Made by a program: the position numbers and the translations under genes | Notes under the pieces: generated by a model | What the model was told of the DNA's origin: nothing | What the model saw: only the letters and a program-made list of their open reading frames with translations | The model's database searches: none | Source of the DNA: an uncultured Bacteriovoracaceae bacterium | Lineage (GTDB): Bacteria > Bdellovibrionota > UBA2428 | Length of the DNA stretch: 64,000 nucleotides | Reading direction: 5' to 3' | Assembly: GCA_964538275.1 (NCBI GenBank) | Contig: CAZIFW010000006.1 | Span: forward strand, 5,826-69,825 | In this document: positions 48,206 through 56,206 of the stretch, one piece after another | How positions within the stretch are numbered: the first letter of the stretch is position 1 | Layout of the letters: each line of letters starts with the position of its first letter

Positions 48206-49738
48206 ATGAAAGTAGAGATAAAAGCCATGGAAAGCGCTAAAACAACACAACAAACGATAAATCAGCATTGGGTTCACTTCGTTGCAATTGGGGGCACGGG
48301 AATGGGCGCACTCGCAAGTTTATTTAAATCTCTGGGGGCCAAAGTGACTGGAAGTGATGGCCCAATCTATCCTCCCATGAGTTTATTTTTAGAAGCTCAA
48401 AAAATCCCACTCGCGCAAAGCTACGGTGAAGAGAATTTACAAGGATCAAGGTGGGGGTTTTCAGAGGCACATCCGAGTATTGTCATAATTGGAAATGCGA
48501 TTTCAAAAACCAATTTAGAAGCTCAAGCTGTAGAAAAGCTTGCTGCTCAAAGTAAATTACGCCGAATGAGCTTTCCTGAAGCCATTGGTGAATTCATGAT
48601 TCAAAAACGCACAAGTCTTGTGGTTGCGGGCACTCACGGAAAAACAACAACAACTTCTTTGCTAGCGTGGGCATGCGAAGTTTTAGGAAATGACCCAGGC
48701 TTTTTTATTGGTGGAATACCTAAAAACTTTGAAAGTGGCTCTCGAATGGGTACGGGAGTTTTTGCTAGCGAAGGTGATGAATACGATACCGCTTATTGGG
48801 ATAAGGGGTCTAAATTTTTACACTACAGACCAACATGGGTTTTAGGAACGGGCATTGAATTTGATCATGCGGATATTTATACATCTGTGGAGCAAATTGA
48901 AGAAAGTTTTTTAAAACTGGTGCCACTCACGGCAGAAGGCTGGCTTTTGATTGATCGTGTATCGGCACCTAAAGTTTCTAGCGTTGAGAAAATTGAAAAT
49001 GCCCTCAAAAAAATTGGCAAAAAATGTTTTCGCTACGGCGAAGATCCGGACTCCCCCTTCTCGTTGATGGGTTGGGAGCGTTGTCCGCTTCCATGGAATG
49101 AGCGTTCTTTTGGATTAAAGTTTCAAGTCAGTATTCATGGAGAAAAACACACTTTTGTAAGCCCCATGGTGGGCCGTCATAACTTATTAAATGCTTTAGG
49201 TGTAATGGGTGTGTTGCATTCCGCGGGTGTTTTAAAAAAGATTTCTGATTTTCAAGAAGTTTTACAAACATTCAAAGGCGTTACGCGTAGACAAGATATC
49301 TTACTTGAAAGTGAAAATTTTATCTTGATGGATGATTTTGCTCATCATCCAACAGCTATTAAAGAAACAATACAAGCAGTCAAGGAACGCTTTCCTCAGT
49401 ATTCTCTTGCTGCTTTTTTTGAGCCGCGTTCTGCAACTTCAGCTCGCAATACAATGTATGCAGATTTTGTAAAATCTTTTTCTGCAGCCGATGCAGTGTT
49501 TATTCAAGAAGCTACAAAAGTAAATGTTCCTGAGGCCGAACGTTTAAAAGTTCACGATCTTGTAAGAGAAGTTATTGGACGTGGTAATACAGAGTTTGCA
49601 AGCAGTAAAAAAACGATTGAAGAACTCGCTGCTGAATTTATAAATTGGAAAAGTAAAAAAGAAAAAGTTCTAGCTTTGGTTATGTCGAATGGAGCTTTTT
49701 CGGGCTTAAATAAAAAATTACTCGAGTTGGTCAAATAG
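48206..49738 (+). CDS. mpl: UDP-N-acetylmuramate:L-alanyl-gamma-D-glutamyl-meso-diaminopimelate ligase (murein peptide ligase Mpl).
   Basis: HFVAIGGTGMGALA…VTGSD, GTHGKTTTTSLLA and DEYDTAYWDKGSKFLHYRP. The C-terminal VMSNGAFSGLNKKLLELV closely parallels E. coli Mpl (…DEYDCAFFDKRSKFVHYCP…, …MSNGGFGGIHQKLL…). It is isolated from the dcw cluster, which also argues for Mpl rather than MurC. Confidence 0.8.
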   Translation: MKVEIKAMESAKTTQQTINQHWVHFVAIGGTGMGALASLFKSLGAKVTGSDGPIYPPMSLFLEAQKIPLAQSYGEENLQGSRWGFSEAHPSIVIIGNAISKTNLEAQAVEKLAAQSKLRRMSFPEAIGEFMIQKRTSLVVAGTHGKTTTTSLLAWACEVLGNDPGFFIGGIPKNFESGSRMGTGVFASEGDEYDTAYWDKGSKFLHYRPTWVLGTGIEFDHADIYTSVEQIEESFLKLVPLTAEGWLLIDRVSAPKVSSVEKIENALKKIGKKCFRYGEDPDSPFSLMGWERCPLPWNERSFGLKFQVSIHGEKHTFVSPMVGRHNLLNALGVMGVLHSAGVLKKISDFQEVLQTFKGVTRRQDILLESENFILMDDFAHHPTAIKETIQAVKERFPQYSLAAFFEPRSATSARNTMYADFVKSFSAADAVFIQEATKVNVPEAERLKVHDLVREVIGRGNTEFASSKKTIEELAAEFINWKSKKEKVLALVMSNGAFSGLNKKLLELVK

Positions 49739-49746
49739 GGGGCTAA

Positions 49747-50580
49747 TTGAAAAAATTTCGAGCGTCTGAACTTTCTGGACAAGGTACGCTTGAATATATT
49801 TTATTAACTGCTCTTGTTGTTGGCATTGTAATGACAGCTTTCAACGGACCCTTGCGTCGCTTTCTTGCAACCTATCAATCGCGCCAAACTGAATACACAA
49901 ATGTTATGACCCAAAGAAACATGGGTATACCTATGGGATGGTTTGGTGGAAATTATGCCAACCCTGGCGGTGGACCGGGAGCTACTGGAGGCGCAACTGC
50001 TGGTGCTGATCCTGGAGCTGACCCAGCTGATACTCCACCCCCCACGGGTGCAGGAGAGGTTACTCCTCCTGCAGTAGCAGGCACAAATGGCCAAGCTGGA
50101 GATGGTGCAAATCCACCTGAAGGACCAACAGGATATGCAGGTCCTGGTGGCGCAGGAGCAGGCCCGAATAACTCACTTTTAAGTCCGTCAGACACCCGAA
50201 CAGCTGCAAATACACGCGGAGGCAGAGGGGGGCGAACGACTGCGGGTGAAGGAGATGAAGAAGGTACACAAGAGGGTGGCTCTACTGCAAGAACAGGCGG
50301 CTTGCCTGCAAACAGAGCGGGCTCTGGTTCTATAGAAGATGAAGATGAGCAGGCACCTCCAAATGAAACAGAAGAAGAAAAACAAGCACGCGTTCGCCGA
50401 GCAGAAGAGGGCGAAACTTTAAAGCAAGCAGAGGGCTTGTATGGGCCAACTACGCGACGTGTTCGCGAGGGCTCCTGTGGGGATTTGGATTTAAAGGTTA
50501 TCTTGCAAATTGCATTTGTAATTGGTCTTTTCTTTTTGTTGGCAAGTATGCTTTTTCAAAAACGTGGGCGTGGCGATTAA
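49747..50580 (+). CDS. Flp-pilin-like N-terminus fused to a ~200-aa Gly/Pro/Ala/Thr-rich disordered region and a C-terminal TM helix. TTG start in the ORF track.
   Basis: N-terminal …ELSGQG|TLEYILLTALVVGIVMTAF resembles the Flp/Tad prepilin G/xxxxEY motif. The core GGGPGATGGATAGADPGADPADTPPPTGAGE… is low complexity. The C-terminal segment VILQIAFVIGLFFLLASMLF is hydrophobic. It starts 8 nt after the mpl stop. Confidence 0.5.
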   Translation: MKKFRASELSGQGTLEYILLTALVVGIVMTAFNGPLRRFLATYQSRQTEYTNVMTQRNMGIPMGWFGGNYANPGGGPGATGGATAGADPGADPADTPPPTGAGEVTPPAVAGTNGQAGDGANPPEGPTGYAGPGGAGAGPNNSLLSPSDTRTAANTRGGRGGRTTAGEGDEEGTQEGGSTARTGGLPANRAGSGSIEDEDEQAPPNETEEEKQARVRRAEEGETLKQAEGLYGPTTRRVREGSCGDLDLKVILQIAFVIGLFFLLASMLFQKRGRGD

Positions 50581-50634
50581 CTGTCGTTACTATAAGCATG
50601 AAACATTCTAAAATTTAGCTCAGAGGAGTATAAC

Positions 50635-50994
50635 GTGAAAAAAATATTAGCATTGTTATTTGTTTTATCTGGGACTTCACTTGCAATTGCAGAAGAGGGT
50701 GGACCTAAAGGAAAGAATTTTGAAGAAGCCAAGGCTCACGCTTTAAAGATGCTTGATGCAAGAACAAAGGCGCTTCAGGAAGCAAAGACTTGTATAAGTG
50801 CGGCTAAATCACATGACGATTTAAAAAAATGTCATGAAACTATGAAAGAACATCGTAAAGAATTTAAAGAGTCTCGCCAAGAGTTTCGAGAAGAGCGCAA
50901 AGAAAAGCGTGAAGAGTGGAAAAACAAACGCAAGGAATGGAAAGAAAGTCGTGGAAAAGACGCCCCTCCTCCTCCACCTGAAGGCGAAGAATAA
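50635..50994 (+). CDS. Small secreted charged-helix protein (KEKREE / REE repeats), periplasmic Spy/CpxP-like in composition.
   Basis: Signal peptide (MKKILALLFVLSGTSLAIA|EE). Two Cys, then …KEHRKEFKESRQEFREERKEKREEWKNKRKEWKESRGKDAPPPPPEGEE. Confidence 0.5.
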   Translation: MKKILALLFVLSGTSLAIAEEGGPKGKNFEEAKAHALKMLDARTKALQEAKTCISAAKSHDDLKKCHETMKEHRKEFKESRQEFREERKEKREEWKNKRKEWKESRGKDAPPPPPEGEE

Positions 50995-51000
50995 TATAAA

Positions 51001-51104
51001 TGTCATTTAGGCGTCAGAGACCTTTTTGACCACCCTCCGCTACCTTTTTAACAATGTCGAAAAGGTGCCAGAGGGGTGTCGAAAAGGTCTCTGACGCCTT
51101 TTTT
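51001..51104. terminator. Long imperfect palindrome (22-bp stem with one G·U, ~45-nt loop) followed by a T-tract. Probable intrinsic terminator between convergent genes, and a member of the same repeat family as 40291-40346.
   Basis: Left arm aggcgtcagagacctttttgac (51009-51030) pairs with right arm gtcgaaaaggtctctgacgcct (51077-51098). Followed by tttttgctttt. The loop contains ccgctacctttttaa and tgtcgaaaaggtgcca motifs. Confidence 0.6.
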
Positions 51105-51108
51105 GCTT

Positions 51109-51873
51109 TTAAGCTAAATGAATTTTCTTTGCGCTAATATCGAGCGCCCAAAAACAAATATCTTCAGGGCTTTTAGAGGTTTTTTCATTCTTCTCAAAAT
51201 TAAATAAGAAAGAGTTAAAGTCATCTTTGAGTTCTTCTGAGAGAGGATTGAGATCAATTTGTTGTAATAGCTTTTGATTGCTTTCTTTATTAAGAAAAAA
51301 CAAACGGCTACCAGGAGCAATTTGCATAGATTTTCTTTTTTCAGCTTCAATCACCTCAGGGGGTGTCCACTGTCGACGTTCAAAATTACGAGTAAAAAGC
51401 AAAGGAGCAACCCCGTGAGTGGCTTCTTCCCATTTCAAAGTAGAAATATGTAGGTTTGCTATAAAAATGCGAGCCTTTGGATCTTCGGCAGGCGAAAACT
51501 CAGAAAGTATATTTTCAAGTGCTAGAGCGGGGGTGCTCTCTGCCTTATCAAAAAAAGTTCTCCCTTGCAGAAGTAAATAGGTTTGAAAGAGTGATGTGCT
51601 CAAACCATAAGAGTGAACGCTGAAGTAAAAAAGCCAAAGATTGGTTTTTTTACTGTTAAGGAAAAAGTCAAAACCCTCTGCACGGTTTTGTTCGCCGGGT
51701 ATGTAGCGGCTTAAGAACTCAATGCCTTGAACTTGAGGAAATCTATTTTGTGTTACGAGTCCCTGAATTTGTTTGGCAATTTTTTCAGTGATACTAAGCT
51801 CTTTTTGTAAGCTTAAAAGTTTGCTCTCTAAAATCTTAAGGCGTTGTTCTACTTCGTCGGAATCAAAACTCAT
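51109..51873 (-). CDS. Degenerate SpoIIE/PP2C-like phosphatase-fold protein (possible pseudo-phosphatase) with an N-terminal coiled coil.
   Basis: GFDFFLNSKKTNLWLFYFSVHSYGLSTSLFQ aligns with PP2C/SpoIIE 'GDyfD…l.igDVSGHGv.Aal'. ATHGVAPLLFTR aligns with AGHppPLl.r. IAPGSRLFFLNKE aligns with l.pGD.lllyTDG. EDICFWALDI aligns with DDiTllvl. The metal-binding Asp of DVSGHG is replaced (SVHSYG). Overlaps the rsmB stop by 4 nt. Confidence 0.4.
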   Translation of the reverse strand: MSFDSDEVEQRLKILESKLLSLQKELSITEKIAKQIQGLVTQNRFPQVQGIEFLSRYIPGEQNRAEGFDFFLNSKKTNLWLFYFSVHSYGLSTSLFQTYLLLQGRTFFDKAESTPALALENILSEFSPAEDPKARIFIANLHISTLKWEEATHGVAPLLFTRNFERRQWTPPEVIEAEKRKSMQIAPGSRLFFLNKESNQKLLQQIDLNPLSEELKDDFNSFLFNFEKNEKTSKSPEDICFWALDISAKKIHLA

Positions 51874-53036
51874 TCTTTTATAATAACCCAGCCTGTGATT
51901 TCTTCAGAATTATCCGCAGACAGTTCGGCACGAAAAGATGGCGTAGAGTTTAAAATTTGATTGATGTGTTGGACTTCTGACGGGTCACTGCTGCAAATAG
52001 AGACACAAAGAAGTCCGTTTTTTGTCAGACGCTGAGAAGCATTTTTTATAATACGTTCCTGAAGCTTAAAAAGATTATCATCGCTTTGTGACCAATCCTT
52101 AATGAGTAAGTCAGGGCGGGAAGCGAGAGTTCCTAGTCCAGTGCAAGGTAGGTCAGCTAAAATAACTTCAAAGTTTCCTTCTAGGTTAGGATGTTGATCG
52201 CTCCAGTCATGAAGTAATGTTTTTGCTTTCTCATTGAGTCCCCAGATTGAAATATTTTCCTCTAAGCGCTGCATGCGTTTGAACTTTGCCTCTACGGCAA
52301 CGGCGCTGGAAACTTGAGGAGCTTTATTGAGGAGTGCTATGAGTTTTCCGCCAGGAGCGGCACAAGCATCCAGCAAGCGAGGAGCGGGCATATTTTTTAT
52401 TCTTTGTGATATCTCATCTACCCAAAGAGCAGATGCTCGACTGATAGCAAGATGAGTTCCTGATTTAAAAGTCTTTGGTTCAATTACGTGCCATGCTCCT
52501 GCTTTGTCGAGACATGAAATACCTGCCTCAGGACGCTGAATGATTTTATCTGCAAAACGTTTTTGAATATCTTCATGCTTAGCCCAGCGCTGGGAAAGAC
52601 TAGGGCCCAATATTTTTTGAGAACTCAATTCGTTTAGAATTTGTTCTTTATCTCGCAGAACGCGTCTAAAAAAAGCATTCGAAAGAGCTGAGGTATGAGC
52701 TCCAAAAAAACTTTTAGAGGCTTCTACCCAAGCATGGGTAAGTTGAGCAATGTTTTCTTCCCTGCGAGTAAGCAAAGACGCAAAAGCCAATCTCCAAAGA
52801 TCTTCGAGTTCTTCAGGTTTGAGCTTTTTAGGGGTGAATGCGTTTAAAGATTTTATAAAAATATGCTCAAAGCGATATGCCATCAGCAAAAAATCAAGCT
52901 CAGAGGGGCTAAGTTCATGAATCTTTCGATAATCATCAATTAGCTCGTCGAGTGTAAGCTGAAGAGTTCTTTTTTCTTTTAAGCGATGCTGCGGAAGCAG
53001 TCGCAAGAGCGACGGAGCGACGACCGTTTTGGGCAT
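51870..53036 (-). CDS. rsmB: 16S rRNA (cytosine-C5)-methyltransferase, RsmB/Sun (NOL1/NOP2) family.
   Basis: SAM motif LDACAAPGGKLIALL and catalytic region ILADLPCTGLGTLASRPDLL. Confidence 0.8.
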   Translation of the reverse strand: MPKTVVAPSLLRLLPQHRLKEKRTLQLTLDELIDDYRKIHELSPSELDFLLMAYRFEHIFIKSLNAFTPKKLKPEELEDLWRLAFASLLTRREENIAQLTHAWVEASKSFFGAHTSALSNAFFRRVLRDKEQILNELSSQKILGPSLSQRWAKHEDIQKRFADKIIQRPEAGISCLDKAGAWHVIEPKTFKSGTHLAISRASALWVDEISQRIKNMPAPRLLDACAAPGGKLIALLNKAPQVSSAVAVEAKFKRMQRLEENISIWGLNEKAKTLLHDWSDQHPNLEGNFEVILADLPCTGLGTLASRPDLLIKDWSQSDDNLFKLQERIIKNASQRLTKNGLLCVSICSSDPSEVQHINQILNSTPSFRAELSADNSEEITGWVIIKE

Positions 53037-53042
53037 GCTTTT

Positions 53043-53384
53043 TTATACATCAGAATCGAGTTCAGGGCTCGAAGCAATTCGTTGGGTAGCCCCTAAATCT
53101 GTAGGATTTTGCTTTTGAAGGGCACGTTCCATCTTTTTATTCACTCTACGAAGAACAATATTTTTGGATTCAAGCACTATCATCTCAATAATAAAGAAGA
53201 TGGAGGATAGGATTGCTCCAGCAAGAGCGGCTAACAACAAGACTTGCCATTTTGCAGTTGGCTCAGTGGTGTAATTTATTAAATTTACGGTCATCAAGTC
53301 GTTGTTTTGGGTCGCAAAAGTGACACAAAACGATACTAAAGCAATAAAAAGGAGAGCCCAGAATCCTAGCTTGAGAGCCTTCAT
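53043..53384 (-). CDS. LapA-like (DUF1049) inner-membrane protein.
   Basis: Two TM helices separated by a short loop (…LLFIALVSFCVTFATQN…VLLLAALAGAILSSIFFII…), then a charged tail. Matches the LapA/YciS topology. Confidence 0.55.
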   Translation of the reverse strand: MKALKLGFWALLFIALVSFCVTFATQNNDLMTVNLINYTTEPTAKWQVLLLAALAGAILSSIFFIIEMIVLESKNIVLRRVNKKMERALQKQNPTDLGATQRIASSPELDSDV

Positions 53385-53407
53385 GAGATTTATTCTAACA
53401 TGTTCTC

Positions 53408-53944
53408 TTAGGTATAGGCTTTAAGGTAAGTGTCAAAATCTTTAAAATATTTAATGAGTTCTTGGAAAATTGTGAGGTTGTGAGCAGGAAGCATTTTAGC
53501 CTCTGCCAAAATCGGCATAAAGTTTGTATCTCCGCCCCAGCGTGGAAGCACATGGAAGTGTAAGTGTTCGTGAATGCTTGCTCCACCCGCTTTACCCATA
53601 TTGAGACCAATGTTAAGTCCCTGCGGTTTAACTTTGTCCATCAACAAATCCACACAAGCTTTCATGCAGGCTTGTAAATCGTCCCAAGCCTCGCCTTTTA
53701 AATCAGGGAGCATAGCGATGTGGCCATGGGGAATAATTAACAGATGGTTTGGATTATAGGGAAAGCGGTTCATAACGACGTAGCAATGCTTTGATTGATA
53801 GAGCTTGAGAGTTTCTTCGTTACAAGGGGCAGTACTTAATTCACAAAAAACACATTCGGCATCTTCTTCACGCTTTGAGTACTTACGAATATGTTCAAGT
53901 CTCCAGGGTGCCCAGAGACGTTCGATCTTAGTAGAGTCTTCCAT
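53408..53944 (-). CDS. HIT-superfamily nucleotidyl hydrolase/transferase (GalT-like / Ap4A-metabolising branch).
   Basis: N-terminal APWRLEHIR, Cys-cluster CVFCEL, and histidine triad HEHLHFHVLPRW. Confidence 0.7.
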   Translation of the reverse strand: MEDSTKIERLWAPWRLEHIRKYSKREEDAECVFCELSTAPCNEETLKLYQSKHCYVVMNRFPYNPNHLLIIPHGHIAMLPDLKGEAWDDLQACMKACVDLLMDKVKPQGLNIGLNMGKAGGASIHEHLHFHVLPRWGGDTNFMPILAEAKMLPAHNLTIFQELIKYFKDFDTYLKAYT

Positions 53945-54007
53945 ATCTGTTATCTTAGCAGGCTAAGTCTCTTCACTTAAGCATCTTTCTTAAAAACTAG
54001 TTTATCT

Positions 54008-56206
54008 CTAGTTATTTTCTTCAATATTTTGAATCCAATCATGAATAATTTGGGTAGCTTTTAGGTCTACTCTATTACTGGAAATGGGAGGCATTCGAAT
54101 ATTTTTGTTTGAAGAATGTGTTCTTTGAAAAATTGAGCTCAGAGAAGGATCTCCAGCTTTCACTCTGTAAGGCATGTAGGTGTCCTCAAATCTGTCTTGA
54201 ATGCTTGGAACGTTTATAATGTTCATGTCTTGAGTAGCAATATGATACCTAAAATCCATTTGGCCTGGCGCGGGACCACTTGCACTGTGACAGCTGGTAC
54301 AATTTGCAGCCAAGTAACTTTTACTTCTTAGCTCTAGCGAAGCTCCAGACAAATACGGGTTCACAAGACTTTGGTACTGAAACACGCTTCCTATATTTCT
54401 ACTGAAGAGATTGTTGTTTTTCATACGCTCTAAAAAATTAGTCGCTAAGTCGGATGAATTATTAAGCTGTCCGGTATGAGCTCCTAGAACAAAGCCTGCA
54501 GACATGTTGTGGCATACAAGACAATTATTTCTGCTGGGATAATTCCACTTTAAAGGAACTTCTTTAGAAGAAAGTAAAAGTTCTTCCTCGGGAGTCGCCT
54601 TTACTAAAAGTTCCTCCGTGAGTTCTCCGTCTAAAAGAAAAGCTTCGTTTTGTTCGTCATTCCACTTGTAGGTGTAGCCTCTCCATCCTTCTGTGTGATG
54701 AAAGAGAACTCTTGTTTCTAGTCTTTTAGTGCGGCCATTCGCTAAAGGGATTTGAAAATGTTTTATAAAATAAGTGCCTACGGGAAAGCTCCATTCGGTG
54801 CGAGGAGTAAACCCAATTTTACCTACACTGGGTAGAGCCATCCAACGTGATTTTTCTGCACCATCCGACCAAAGAGGAGAGTTGACGGAATATTTTTCTA
54901 AGCCCTCAACAGGTGTAAGTGTTTCAAGATTTGAGAAAAAACCAGCTTCTGAAAGTTTTTCAGGAATTGCCATTTGATTGTTAGGCTGAGTTTCTTTTTT
55001 TTCTCTAAGTTTATAAATACTGCCGGTATGACTAATTACGTAAAGCTCGCCTTGTAGATCTTGAGCAAAAGAACTGGGTTGAGATATTTGAGCAATTTCA
55101 AAATTAGCTAAACCAATGGTGTCGTTGTGTTTTAAAGCCCATATTTGGCCTGATACGTAGTCTCCGTAAATATAGTGTCGTTTGAGCTTAGGCATGAGGT
55201 TACCGTTGTAAACGTAACCTCCTGTTATGCTTCTTCCAGGATTGTGAGCGTATTCCCATACAGGCTTTACAAAAGAGTCTTGAGTGAGATTCTCAGGGTT
55301 GTTGTGGTTGGTGCTGGCTTCGAATATTCGCCAGCCATAGTTTTTTGCCTTTTGGATAATGTTGATTTCTTCGAGTCTATTTTGCCCCACATCTGCTAGC
55401 CAAAGTTGCTGAGTTTCTTTATCAAAAGAAAAACGCCAAGGGTTGCGTAGTCCTAGCGCCCAAATCTCGGGGCGATAATTTGCTTGAGAAGTAAAAGGAT
55501 TATCATTTGGTATTGAGTATGTGTTTTGATTATTAACATCAATGCGCAAAATTTTGCCCCAGAGGGATTCAGTGTTTTGAGAGTTATTAAAAGGGTCTCC
55601 AGCTCCACCTCCATCACCCACACCGATGTAAAGCATTCCGTCGGGTCCGAAAGAAATCATACCGCCGTTATGGTTAGTATACTCTCTAAAGTCTTTTCTA
55701 ATTTCTAAAATAACTTCATTAAAGTTTGGGTCAGCAATTAGGGGATTTGTTAGAGAACGGCGCATGCGCGCAATGGCTAGTCGAACGGGATTATCAGCGG
55801 TATAGGAAACATAAAAATAACCACTTGTTTCATAGTCGGGAGCAAAGGCTAGGCCGAGTAGTCCCATTTCGCCACCTTGCTGAGAAACTTTGTTTCTTAA
55901 ATTGGCAAAATTTTGTGAAGAGGCATTTGTATTAGGTCGCTTTGTAACAAGTTTTATAACTCCACTTTGTTCAACAACGTAGAAGTTTTCTTCCTGCTCA
56001 GATGCTTGGGTCATAAAAATCGGCTGATTGAATCTGATTCCCGTGAAAGCATCGCTTAGTTCTACTTGAGAGGAATCAGGCGCATTGAGCGGAAACTTAG
56101 AGCTCTTGGGCCTGAACGGACTTTGAGCCAATGAGTTTTGAGAAATCAGTAGAATCGATAAGCAAATAAGTAAAAACTTAGAAATTTTCATGTGTAGCTT
56201 CCTCAT
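54008..56206 (-). CDS. PQQ-dependent soluble sugar (glucose/sorbosone) dehydrogenase beta-propeller fused to a C-terminal di-haem c-type cytochrome domain.
   Basis: Signal peptide. GSDH motifs …[28 protein letters not shown]… and …YGWRIFE…. Two CxxCH motifs (NCLVCHN, NCTSCHS) in the C-terminal ~250 aa. Confidence 0.8.
   Translation of the reverse strand: [732 protein letters not shown]

Noticed and set aside
49953-50385. Several minus-strand ORFs (49953-50195, 50060-50269, 50188-50385) inside the Gly/Pro-rich gene
   Set aside because: The GC-rich low-complexity coding region produces open antisense frames, which are compositional artefacts.
53395-53610. 71-aa minus-strand ORF overlapping the HIT gene in another frame
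   Set aside because: It is fully contained within the HIT-family CDS (53408-53944), which has strong conserved motifs. It is an alternative-frame artefact.
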